A model generated the notes under the pieces. That model worked only from the letters and a program-made list of their open reading frames with translations, did not search any database and was not told the origin of the DNA. 64,000 nucleotides of DNA from assembly GCA_016840035.1 (NCBI GenBank), contig JAEOTC010000030.1, positions 32,001-96,000 of the forward strand. Reading direction: 5' to 3'. This DNA comes from Candidatus Hodarchaeota archaeon (GTDB taxonomy: Archaea > Asgardarchaeota > Heimdallarchaeia > Hodarchaeales > Hodarchaeaceae). Shown piece after piece: positions 37,682 through 47,172 of the stretch. Each line of letters opens with the position of its first letter. Position 1 is the stretch's first letter. The position numbers and the translations under genes are program-made.

Positions 37682-37906
37682 GTGAGAAAAATTCCAGTTA
37701 AGAAGAATTGCGATGTAGAAGGTTGCTCGAAGGAGAGCAAGAAAACAGTATCTAGAGAAAAAGCAGGTGCCGCAATTAAAGAAGCAGGGCTAAATTTATC
37801 ATTAAAAGAAAAGGTGACTAAGGCTCATTTATGCGCTGATCACTATAGGAAGATCAAAAAAAGATTGAAGAAAGACCGTGAAATTGAACGCCTTCGCTGG
37901 GGTTAA
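37682..37906 (+). CDS. Small basic zinc-finger-like protein
   Basis: CDVEGC...LCADHY; Lys/Arg rich. Confidence 0.7.
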   Translation: MRKIPVKKNCDVEGCSKESKKTVSREKAGAAIKEAGLNLSLKEKVTKAHLCADHYRKIKKRLKKDREIERLRWG

Positions 37907-37941
37907 GAAAAGAAAATTTTTTCTTTGTCCTTTGTTATGTG

Positions 37942-38862
37942 TCAGAGAAACTTAATCTCCATTGCATCCTCCGGGCATGCTCCAACACAATCCAGACAAT
38001 TTGTGCAATGTTCACTCCTAACTTTTTCTGGTGGATGAGACATAATCCTAACTCCCATTGGACACACATCTTCACAAATTCCACAATGTGTACATTTTGA
38101 AATATTTCTGCCAATTCCAATAATAGAATTCTTTCCTATCTGTCCCATAATTATTCCTACAGGGCAAAACCATCGACACCAACCTCTAGGAATGTAAACA
38201 ATGAGGATTAATCCACCAGCGAAGATTATAAATCGGATCCAAAAAAAGATGTCTATTTGGACTAAAGTATTCCAATTGAGTAGGCTTTCTATTCCTCCCC
38301 AGTAAAAGAGAGCGGGAATGACTGTGAAAAGGAACGTCGCTGGACTTAAAGCGGTCCAGGGTTGCTCTGAAAATACACCAAAGGATGCCTTGACTTGCTC
38401 TGTATCACCTAAACCAACTCCGACCCCTATAACAACTGCCACTAATACAGTCCCTCCAGTGATAAACTCACCAATTTGTCTATAACTATCGTTCGTATCC
38501 TTGGTGGGTTCATATTTATTAAATCTAGAGGTGATTAGCCCAATTATGTCCTGAAATAAACCGAATGGACATCCCCATGAGCAAAACATTCTTCCAAATA
38601 CAGCTCCAATCAGAAAAAAAGACGCTAGTGGTACCAATGGGATAATAGCTGTTGTAAGCATTCGTTGAAAAAGATCAAAAGCCCCTTCTGAAGTGGTGAA
38701 TATACCTCTAGGATTTACTACAGGTAAAACTAACCAAGTTGCACCTATTAGGAAAAAAGACAAATTCATCAACAGAAACATAACAAATTGAACAAAAATC
38801 CTAAATAGTCGGAGTTTAGTTAGATTAACCTTACCCTTCTTGTGCCAAGTCATTTTGATCAC
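37942..38862 (-). CDS. NapH/MauN-type membrane polyferredoxin (4Fe-4S binding)
   Basis: GRMFCSWGCPFG, WCRWFCPVG, two CxxCxxCxxxCP motifs. Confidence 0.9.
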   Translation of the reverse strand: MIKMTWHKKGKVNLTKLRLFRIFVQFVMFLLMNLSFFLIGATWLVLPVVNPRGIFTTSEGAFDLFQRMLTTAIIPLVPLASFFLIGAVFGRMFCSWGCPFGLFQDIIGLITSRFNKYEPTKDTNDSYRQIGEFITGGTVLVAVVIGVGVGLGDTEQVKASFGVFSEQPWTALSPATFLFTVIPALFYWGGIESLLNWNTLVQIDIFFWIRFIIFAGGLILIVYIPRGWCRWFCPVGIIMGQIGKNSIIGIGRNISKCTHCGICEDVCPMGVRIMSHPPEKVRSEHCTNCLDCVGACPEDAMEIKFL

Positions 38863-39009
38863 CTATGGAGTGGGAATCCCCGCGAGTGCGCTTGATGTAA
38901 TATCTACTATTAAATCAGCAATATCTCCAAATTGACCTTCTGATATTGCTGTAGCAAGGAGAATAATTCCAATACTAAAGGCGATGAAGGCTTTTGCATT
39001 ACTTTTCAT
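38863..39009 (-). CDS. 48-aa membrane peptide (not in ORF track)
   Basis: Manual translation gives MKSNAKAFIAFSIGIILLATAISEGQFGDIADLIVDITSSALAGIPTP. GAGGA precedes the ATG, and the stop abuts the polyferredoxin start. Confidence 0.65.
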   Translation of the reverse strand: MKSNAKAFIAFSIGIILLATAISEGQFGDIADLIVDITSSALAGIPTP

Positions 39010-39147
39010 GTCTAAGATTCCTCATATGAATTATTAGAATAATTACTGGCTTTCTCTGATGAGATCTGACATTTTTACTCACCGTAGTCGTATTATTAAA
39101 TATCTTCACTTAACATTATGAAGTATTAAATCTTGTGTCATTACTGA

Positions 39148-40374
39148 TTAGAATCCCCAATCTCGACTTTTACTAAATCCATATGCCACTGTACGAACCT
39201 CGTTTATTCGTCTCAAATTTGAAGGCTTTTTTAGCGCTTTTAGCAATAAAATAATTTTCTGAAAATTAGAAATCTCCGTTATATCCCAACCATTCAATAA
39301 TGAACCAAATGTATCTAAGTCTGCTGGTGAAAACTTGGAATATATAATTTTATGAGCTTCTTGGATCACTGGATCAGAATAGGGAAAAGAATCCATTCGA
39401 GTTTGATATTCTGATAAGAAATCTTCGTCAAATCTCTGAGCTTCATGTGCTTTTATTGCCATTTCACCAGCAAGCATACCTGTGTGTATACCAATTGCAA
39501 TACCCCCATAAAATATTGAATTTGTCATACCTGCTGCATCTCCAGCTACCAAATAATTATCGCAGTACCTCTTTGGAATAGGACCACTAGCAGGTATTAT
39601 TCCAGCGATTTCCTTGAATATTTCACTTTCTTTCAAATTTGGATTTTCTAAGTAATCTATAAATTCGTTTAATATTTTTCTCGGCTTAGATGCGGTATCA
39701 GTCACGACACCTACATTCGTATGTCTTCTCTTCGGAAAAACCCACCCATAATGCATTTTAGGAAACTTTTCGAAATTGAAATAAAAATCTAAAGCATCTG
39801 TATGCACACCATCAATTTTACATTCGACACCTTGTACATATTCCTTAGGTGGTGACAGATCCATCATTTTTACACTGTGAGCAGAAGGGCCATCACATCC
39901 TATGACAAACGGGGCGATATACTTCTCTTTTTGGGTTGATATTTCCAATTGTTGAGCATTACGGGTTATCCCAATCACTTGTGAATTTAATTTGATTGTT
40001 GCTCCATTTTCTTCAGCTTCTTTTGCAATCTGCCTGTCAAATTCTGGTCGATCAATTGTTACAGTATTTAGGTGCGAGGTAGCTACTCCACTCTTTCCAA
40101 AGAAGAATCGCTGGTATGCAATTTCACGCTCAATGAAAGAGTGTTTCTTCTGTAGTTTTAGTTCTGTTGAATAATCATCTTGTGAAATCCGAGGCATATT
40201 CTCTAATGTTAATAATTTGTCTCTAGATATTCCTTCACCACAAGCTAATGGATTTCCTATTTCAGAATGTTCCTCTAAAACAACGGGTTTTAATTCGCTG
40301 TTTTTTGTTATTGTAATTGCGGTAGAAAGTCCTGTTGGCCCACCACCAATTATTATGACATCAAAAGAGTTCAA
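39148..40374 (-). CDS. Geranylgeranyl reductase family flavoprotein
   Basis: DVIIIGGGPTG, P.ACGEG, DRPEFD, YGWVFPK, AGDAAG. Confidence 0.9.
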   Translation of the reverse strand: MNSFDVIIIGGGPTGLSTAITITKNSELKPVVLEEHSEIGNPLACGEGISRDKLLTLENMPRISQDDYSTELKLQKKHSFIEREIAYQRFFFGKSGVATSHLNTVTIDRPEFDRQIAKEAEENGATIKLNSQVIGITRNAQQLEISTQKEKYIAPFVIGCDGPSAHSVKMMDLSPPKEYVQGVECKIDGVHTDALDFYFNFEKFPKMHYGWVFPKRRHTNVGVVTDTASKPRKILNEFIDYLENPNLKESEIFKEIAGIIPASGPIPKRYCDNYLVAGDAAGMTNSIFYGGIAIGIHTGMLAGEMAIKAHEAQRFDEDFLSEYQTRMDSFPYSDPVIQEAHKIIYSKFSPADLDTFGSLLNGWDITEISNFQKIILLLKALKKPSNLRRINEVRTVAYGFSKSRDWGF

Positions 40375-40518
40375 TCTCTTGTATCTCCTTATATTTCTGG
40401 AAGTAGATATTCTTAAATTTATTTTTTCTTCTTTATCATCTAACTTGATTTCTAAAAAAAATTTATCAGAGAAAATATTGAAAGATGATTCACGAATTTA
40501 TGTTATTCAGGTAATCTA

Positions 40519-40845
40519 ATGGCACCATCCTCAATGCAAATAGGAAAATGTACTGTCAAGACACAAGGTAAGATTCTCGTTCAACTTAAGGGAATAAATC
40601 TTCCTAAGATTGGATCCAAAGCTTTTGTCTCCAAAGAAGGAAAATCGAGGCAACTTGGTGATGTAGTTGAAGCTATTGGCTCAACCCAGCACCCATGGAT
40701 TGTGATATCTGCCAATAAAAAAGCCTATGAGCATATCCAGATAAATGATGAAATCTATACTTTAGAGAGAATCAAAAAGAAGAAATCAAAAAAATTCCGG
40801 GATCGACAAAAAAGAATGCGAGAGGAAAGATATAAGCGTAGTTAA
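40519..40845 (+). CDS. gar1: H/ACA sRNP protein Gar1
   Basis: PKIGS..F......LG.VVEAIGST.HPW; basic tail. Confidence 0.75.
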   Translation: MAPSSMQIGKCTVKTQGKILVQLKGINLPKIGSKAFVSKEGKSRQLGDVVEAIGSTQHPWIVISANKKAYEHIQINDEIYTLERIKKKKSKKFRDRQKRMREERYKRS

Positions 40846-40917
40846 GATTGCCCAAATATTGAAGAAGCCCTTCTAATTGGCTTTCTAGTACAATCTCGTT
40901 TAATATAAACTGAGGAA

Positions 40918-41301
40918 ATGCAAATGGCACGATCACAAAAACGATCCGTACGTAAACCTAGTGGCGGGCGTTATCATACAGCAGTAAAGAAGAAAAAGAG
41001 AGATCTATCTCGTCCACCAGCCCTTACTATCCTTGGTGATCAAAGGAGAAAACTCATTAGAACGCGTGGTGGGAATCGAAAAATCCGTTTATTATCCCAT
41101 AAATTTGCCAATCTTTCTCATCAAGATAAAAAAACTTCTGAAAAGGTAGAAATTCTGGATGTTGAATCCAATCCAGCAAATAGAGACTTTGCTCGTCGTA
41201 AAATTATTACTAAGGGCGCAATTATCGAAACTAAAAAAGGTAAAGCGCGGGTAACTTCTCGTCCAGGACAAAATGGTACTGTTGACGCCATTCTAATATA
41301 A
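40918..41301 (+). CDS. rps8e: 30S ribosomal protein S8e
   Basis: RKPSGGR, RTRGGN.K, NPAN, ITKGAII, TSRPGQ.G. Confidence 0.96.
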   Translation: MQMARSQKRSVRKPSGGRYHTAVKKKKRDLSRPPALTILGDQRRKLIRTRGGNRKIRLLSHKFANLSHQDKKTSEKVEILDVESNPANRDFARRKIITKGAIIETKKGKARVTSRPGQNGTVDAILI

Positions 41302-41400
41302 ATGGCTTTAATTTTATCCTCTGCTCTCAATTGATCTTTTTGGTTAAGATCGTGATATTGACAATCATTTTCTTTTAATTTTACTAAGTGGACGATCCAC

Positions 41401-42177
41401 TTAGCTCTGAATTTCTTTAGATTTACTTTCGTTTTTTATTCTTTTCTTCAAATAACGCATACTTAGTAAGTATAGACTCAATATCGCCAAAGCAAATACT
41501 AAGAGGATTAGAAAGAACATATTTAGGTCCTCTTCGGCCCATGAAACCAGTTCTGACCCTATTAAGATGTAAAATAGAACCCTAGGAATTGTTCCGATGA
41601 CCGTTGGGATGAAGTAGTTCCAAAATCTAATTCGTGTAAAACCAGCTCCGTATGAAACAGCATCAAAGGGGATAAATGGTGTTAGTCTACCGATTAAAAC
41701 GAACCAAAATCCTCGTTCCTCAATGAGATCAAAAAAGTACTCGGAATCTTCATCAATAAATCGTGCAAGGAAATTAGCGATTTTTGTGAGGTAAATTTTT
41801 TTCCTATTACTCTCTACGATTGACTCTTCTCCTTTTGTTGAATAAGGATCAACAATTCGCGTCTTTAGGATGGATTGTACACCCCTGGCAATGTAAAATG
41901 CAATTATTGCACCCAGAAGGGACCCAATGATTCCTCCTATGAATGCTAAGATTAATCCCTCATCTCCATAGACCGTATAAAATCCATAACCAGCTGCAGC
42001 CAGAACTGCTTCTGATATAATTGGAGCGACAATTGCTTGAACTACCATCGCAATTATTAAACCCCATATTCCGAACTCTTCAACCAGATTTAATAGAATT
42101 TCATTCAAGGAATCCCAAATAAATAGAAATAAGTCAAAAACTGGATCAAGTAACGCTAAGAAGTGAGAAGATGTCAT
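41401..42177 (-). CDS. DedA/TVP38 (VTT domain) membrane protein
   Basis: Q..VAPI.SE...AAG, RLTPFIPFDAVSYGAG.T. Confidence 0.88.
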   Translation of the reverse strand: MTSSHFLALLDPVFDLFLFIWDSLNEILLNLVEEFGIWGLIIAMVVQAIVAPIISEAVLAAAGYGFYTVYGDEGLILAFIGGIIGSLLGAIIAFYIARGVQSILKTRIVDPYSTKGEESIVESNRKKIYLTKIANFLARFIDEDSEYFFDLIEERGFWFVLIGRLTPFIPFDAVSYGAGFTRIRFWNYFIPTVIGTIPRVLFYILIGSELVSWAEEDLNMFFLILLVFALAILSLYLLSMRYLKKRIKNESKSKEIQS

Positions 42178-42363
42178 AGAAAACCTCTGTTACACATTTT
42201 CTATTCGGAGAAATGATTAATGTGCCGCTGGGGCATCTCTAGTTTGTCATTATAAACACTTCAGAAAAGAAACATTTATCATTCATAAAAGTTCAAATGA
42301 AAGTATACTAAATGTTAAGGACCTCATAATAGTACAATTTCATTTTCAGAGTGAGGCAATAAT

Positions 42364-44037
42364 TTGGAATCCGAGAAATTAGAATTACATCAGGAAGTCT
42401 TTCGAAGACGATCAAGACTTGATTTGAAACGTGAAATCGAGGATTGGTTATCTTTAAAGAATTTTCCAGACGAAACCAGAGTCAATCTTTCACTAGCTGG
42501 TCGTCGGTTCGTATTCCAACATAGTAGAATGCAAAAAGCTTTAGGCCCAGTTGTAAGTCGTACTCAATGGTCTCGATACCGTTCAAATCCAGAAATGACC
42601 ATACCTCTCTCAACAATACGTATGCTGGTTGAAAATGAACGAGAACTATTCATGACATCGTTCACGGTAACAAGTATCGGTAACAAGAAAAGTCAGCTCC
42701 CAATAAAACTTCCAGTGAAAACAGAGAGTAATTCTTTAGCGAAATTGTTAGGATTACTCACCTTATCCAAGAATGTATTTCAAACTGGGACCTACCAAAC
42801 TGATCAAAAAGGGAAAATTGAGAGTTTCATTGAAACATTTGATTCGGTATTTGATGTAAATCTATGTCCAGATGGAGAAATTGCCCAGAATCAACGAGGT
42901 TATTATGTTAAAATTCCCGTTCAACTATGTTCTGCCATTGTAAAAGCATTCACAGGAGAATTTCAAAACAGTTTTCCACAAATAATTTTATCTGTCTCAA
43001 AGTGTAAGGATGAACAGGATATTTTAGATTTTGTTACAATGTGGTTGAAATTTTCTCGCCTATATAGGTTTGAAGGGGACGAGGAAAATTTATTCATGTT
43101 CAGATATAATGATGAGACACGAGAAATTGCAAAACTGATTGAAAAATTGGGTGTTAGGTACGAGACAGCATCAATATGGGATCGAGGAAGTGTTGTACCA
43201 GTTTATCGGATCCCTAATGTAGACGACAACAAGGTCATCTTGAACACTGCATCAATTGTAAACAGATTGAAAGATAAAATTGTTAGTCAAGAAGCACGTA
43301 TAAAGGAATTAGAAGCGATAAAAGAGGATTTGGAGGTTGAACTTGAAGGTACGACACAGAGTTCACATGAAAAACTTTCCTGGTCTAGAGCAATTGATGA
43401 AAGGTTAGCAGATAACTTATCGGAGAAATTATTGGAATTTGAAAGAATTTTAATTACGACTAAACGTGAAAATGAAAAACTGAAGAATCTCTTACGAGAA
43501 GGAGGCACTATATCTCCTGAAATCTTAGAAGAAAGCTCTGATAGTACTGTAATAACATCTGATATAGCTAATTTGCGTGAAGAAGTCAATCTCATAAAAG
43601 AAAGACTAACAAATTTGAAAGAACAAAGCCAGGGTGGAAAAGAATTAAGTTACAAGGTAACAAAAGAGATTACAATGAAATCGGGAGGAAGCACCGTTGG
43701 AATGGAGATGGATCTTCGTCCAATAGTGAAAGCACTTCTCGCATCACCTGATAACTGGATCTTATTTGTGCTTGGAACTAATCAACAACTATCAAAAGAA
43801 CAAATTAGTCAAATTTTAGGAATTCCTGCTGAAAAACGGTTAGATTTACAGAGAAGACTAAATGAATATGTTGATAGACGAATAATTAAAGTAATAGAAA
43901 CTCCAGAGGAAGAACTTTATCAGCTAGATAGATGGGAATGGTCTGATCTGATCGGATCCTATACAAACACAATACTAGGGAATAAAGAAGGCGTTCCTTT
44001 GGATGTCAAACAATTAGTAAGGTATATACTACGATAA
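42364..44037 (+). CDS. Hypothetical protein: degenerate LAGLIDADG-like domain + coiled coil + C-terminal winged helix
   Basis: IKLP...LAKLLGLL, FIETFDSVFDV, FPQII...LDFV, EIAKLIEKLGV; heptad region; LSKEQISQILG...LNEYVDRRII. Confidence 0.6.
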   Translation: MESEKLELHQEVFRRRSRLDLKREIEDWLSLKNFPDETRVNLSLAGRRFVFQHSRMQKALGPVVSRTQWSRYRSNPEMTIPLSTIRMLVENERELFMTSFTVTSIGNKKSQLPIKLPVKTESNSLAKLLGLLTLSKNVFQTGTYQTDQKGKIESFIETFDSVFDVNLCPDGEIAQNQRGYYVKIPVQLCSAIVKAFTGEFQNSFPQIILSVSKCKDEQDILDFVTMWLKFSRLYRFEGDEENLFMFRYNDETREIAKLIEKLGVRYETASIWDRGSVVPVYRIPNVDDNKVILNTASIVNRLKDKIVSQEARIKELEAIKEDLEVELEGTTQSSHEKLSWSRAIDERLADNLSEKLLEFERILITTKRENEKLKNLLREGGTISPEILEESSDSTVITSDIANLREEVNLIKERLTNLKEQSQGGKELSYKVTKEITMKSGGSTVGMEMDLRPIVKALLASPDNWILFVLGTNQQLSKEQISQILGIPAEKRLDLQRRLNEYVDRRIIKVIETPEEELYQLDRWEWSDLIGSYTNTILGNKEGVPLDVKQLVRYILR

Positions 44038-44045
44038 AATTCCCA

Positions 44046-44393
44046 CTACAAATTATCAATTACCTTCAAAGCTTGTAAAAGTTCCTCTTTCTCTGAAGAT
44101 TCTTTTTTATCCCCATTAGCTTTCTTTACTAACATTTCCTCCGTTACTGTAAGATCAAATTCATCCTTTTCTGGTAGAAAGATATCTGAAGTAATTTCTT
44201 CAATTTTTGGAGGAATATCAGATATTGAGGGTGAATCTTCATGAGTTATCCTTCTCAAGGATTCTTTTAACCAGTCTATATCATTTTGCAGTTTATTAAT
44301 CGCTCTACTTTGAGTTTGGATTTGGTCACCTAGTAATCTTGCAACTTTGGTTAACGTTTCAATTTTTTTTGCGTTTAATTCACCTAAGTCCAA
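44046..44393 (-). CDS. Hypothetical coiled-coil protein
   Basis: N-terminal heptads, acidic linker, C-terminal helix EKEELLQALKVIDNL. Confidence 0.7.
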   Translation of the reverse strand: MDLGELNAKKIETLTKVARLLGDQIQTQSRAINKLQNDIDWLKESLRRITHEDSPSISDIPPKIEEITSDIFLPEKDEFDLTVTEEMLVKKANGDKKESSEKEELLQALKVIDNL

Positions 44394-44613
44394 TTTTATT
44401 CATTTCCTAGAAACCATAGAAAAGATAGATTTGTAGGTAATCCCTGTTAATTTGTTAGCAATCTTAAGGAATTAAAAAACTTCCTTTTGATAAGAAGCTC
44501 AGAATTTCTAATAAAGATTTTAGAATAAACACATAAAAGATTCCAGTTCTCAGTATAAAATAATTAATGAATCACTCTTAAAAAAAGCTTTAGAAGTCCT
44601 AGGGGTTTTCTAG

Positions 44614-47172
44614 ATGAGTAAAACCAATTCTATCAGAAACTTTGGTTTAGAAGAAGATAAGGATTATCTTTTATTAAGTACTGTTTATGATGCGAAGAGT
44701 AACGGTGCAGGAATAAAGCTTCTTGACATTAAAAAAGGTAAAATGGTCTATATCACTGACCCATTTAATCATGAACCATACTGCCTGAGTAATCAAACGG
44801 TACAAGAAATCCAAAACAAGAAAATTCCTTCAACTGTCATCAAACGTCTTTCTACAATTGAAAAACGCGATTTATTACATAGCAAAAGTCTAAACTTAAC
44901 TCAAATTTTTACTCCGACTCCAAGCCAAGTCCCAGAGGTTAGAGAGATTCTTGGAGAGACTTGGGAATCTAGAATTAAATATCATCGAAACTGGCTGTAT
45001 GATCAACAACTAGTTCCAGGAAGAATTTATAGATGGAATCCTGAAAAGAAAGATTTTTACATTCCAACGGATCAAAAATCAGGTTTAAACCTTCCATCAA
45101 CTGTAACAGATCACTTAAATAAATATAAAGGACTTCTAGATAACTATTTGTACGATTTTACTCAGGAAATTCCAGAAATTCCAATTGTTTCTTGTGATAT
45201 TGAAACAGAATATGCTGAAAATCAAATACCACAAGCTACTGATCCAAAACATCGAATAACTTGTATTTGTTTTTTTGATAACTCAAATAAATCCTATGCA
45301 CTTGTTTTAGAACGAAAAGAAATAGAAAAAGGCCAAGAAATAGGTAACGATTCCGAAAGTAGTAATATTAGCCGCTTTAAAGATGAAACCGATTTAATCA
45401 AGAAAGCTTTCGAAATTTTAAGTGAATATCCAGTTATTGTAACCTTTAATGGAGATAATTTTGATTTTCCTTATTTGCACGAACGTGCACGAGAACTTAA
45501 AATCAATAGCTTTAGTCCAATCTTATGGAATAGAAGAAATAGGGAGTGTACGCTAAAAAACGGAATTCACATTGATCTTTATCGTTTCTATCAGAATGTC
45601 GCAATTCGAACTTATGCTTTTGGAAATAAATATCAACAAACTTCATTAAATGCTATTGCACTAGCATTATTGGGTGTTGGCAAAGTTGAGTTGCAAAAAG
45701 AAATCGCAGATCTTTCGGAATGGGAATTAATTCATTATTGTCTACGAGATGCGAAAATCACTCTCGATCTCATCCTATTTGATGAAAGTACTCCTTTAAG
45801 ATTGATTTTTATGTTATCTCGGATCACTCGTTCACCCATTGATGATTTAACACGAACTGCTGTGTCGAATTGGGTTCAAAGTCTTTTTTATTCTGAACAC
45901 CGTCGAAGACATTACTTGATACCAAATGCAGAGGATATTCAGAAAGAAAAAAGCATATTTAGAAGTTCAGAATCCATTATCAAAGGAAAAAAATACAAAG
46001 GAGCAACCGTTATAGACCCAGTTCCAGGAGTTCATTTCAATGTCACCGTATTAGATTTTGCTTCTCTTTATCCCTCAATCATCAGTGCCTTTAATTTAAG
46101 CTATGAAACGATTTTATGTAATCATTCAGAGTGTAGGGAGAATTTAGTTCCTCAGACGAATTATTGGGTATGTAAGAAAGAACGCGGGATAATTGCAGAT
46201 ACTATTGGGTTTATAAAAGATGTAAGAGTCCAGTGGTTAAAACCTGAATCAAAAAAGAAATCTAATCAGCAGGATTATTACAAAATTCTCGAAAGAAGTC
46301 TCAAGGTATTAATCAACGCATCATATGGTGTTTTAGGGAGTGATCGTTTTCTTTTATATTGTCTTCCAGTAGCTGATTCAACAACTGCATATGGAAGAGA
46401 TTCAATTGAACGTACTATTGATAAAGCTCATAGTCTTAATGTCAAAGTGCTTTATGGTGATACAGACTCTGTTTTTTTGCTCTCTCCTTCTCCAGAACAA
46501 ATCAAGGACATTATAGACTGGAGTCAACAATCCTTGGGTGTGAGTTTGGAAGTAGAAAAAACCTATCGGTATGTTGTGTTATCAGAGAGGAAGAAGAATT
46601 ACTTTGGGGTATATCCTAACTCTGATATTGATGTCAAGGGATTGATGGGAAAAAAAAGAAATACTCCCCCATTTCTTCAAAAAGCTTTCAAGGACGTATT
46701 GAAAATCCTTGCAGAGGTAAAATCGGAAGATGAGTTTAATTCCGCTCAAAAACATGTAAAAGATTATATACGTAATGTATACCGAAGATTAGAAAAGGGA
46801 AAATATTCGAGTGACGATCTTGCCATCACAATGCAAATGACACAACAATTACATAAATATGCTGTAAATGCTCAGCATGTGAAAGCAGCTTGGCAATTAG
46901 AAGAGATGTTTCAACGACAGCATCATAATAAACCATTGAATAAATCAGTTCCAGCAGAATTTATCAAATCTGGGCGGTTTATTAGATTTGTCAAAACAAA
47001 AAACCCTGATCGTGTGACAGCTTTAGAATTGATGTCTAATAAATCTAAAATTGACATTAAAGCATATCGTTCAATGATTGATACTATCTTTGAACAATTA
47101 ATCGGAGCCTTAGATATCGAAGTTGAGGAATTATCATCTGGTCAAGTTAATCTGATGGAATTTTTTAGTTAA
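44614..47172 (+). CDS. polB: Family B DNA polymerase (PolB1-like)
   Basis: Exo motifs CDIET and FNGDNFD; pol motifs DFASLYPS, K.LINASYG, YGDTDS; C-terminal PIP-box QVNLMEFF. Confidence 0.95.
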   Translation: MSKTNSIRNFGLEEDKDYLLLSTVYDAKSNGAGIKLLDIKKGKMVYITDPFNHEPYCLSNQTVQEIQNKKIPSTVIKRLSTIEKRDLLHSKSLNLTQIFTPTPSQVPEVREILGETWESRIKYHRNWLYDQQLVPGRIYRWNPEKKDFYIPTDQKSGLNLPSTVTDHLNKYKGLLDNYLYDFTQEIPEIPIVSCDIETEYAENQIPQATDPKHRITCICFFDNSNKSYALVLERKEIEKGQEIGNDSESSNISRFKDETDLIKKAFEILSEYPVIVTFNGDNFDFPYLHERARELKINSFSPILWNRRNRECTLKNGIHIDLYRFYQNVAIRTYAFGNKYQQTSLNAIALALLGVGKVELQKEIADLSEWELIHYCLRDAKITLDLILFDESTPLRLIFMLSRITRSPIDDLTRTAVSNWVQSLFYSEHRRRHYLIPNAEDIQKEKSIFRSSESIIKGKKYKGATVIDPVPGVHFNVTVLDFASLYPSIISAFNLSYETILCNHSECRENLVPQTNYWVCKKERGIIADTIGFIKDVRVQWLKPESKKKSNQQDYYKILERSLKVLINASYGVLGSDRFLLYCLPVADSTTAYGRDSIERTIDKAHSLNVKVLYGDTDSVFLLSPSPEQIKDIIDWSQQSLGVSLEVEKTYRYVVLSERKKNYFGVYPNSDIDVKGLMGKKRNTPPFLQKAFKDVLKILAEVKSEDEFNSAQKHVKDYIRNVYRRLEKGKYSSDDLAITMQMTQQLHKYAVNAQHVKAAWQLEEMFQRQHHNKPLNKSVPAEFIKSGRFIRFVKTKNPDRVTALELMSNKSKIDIKAYRSMIDTIFEQLIGALDIEVEELSSGQVNLMEFFS

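Noticed and set aside
42364-44037. Active homing endonuclease or intein
   Set aside because: No catalytic Asp/Glu in the LAGLIDADG-like helices and no Cys/Ser...His-Asn splice motifs.
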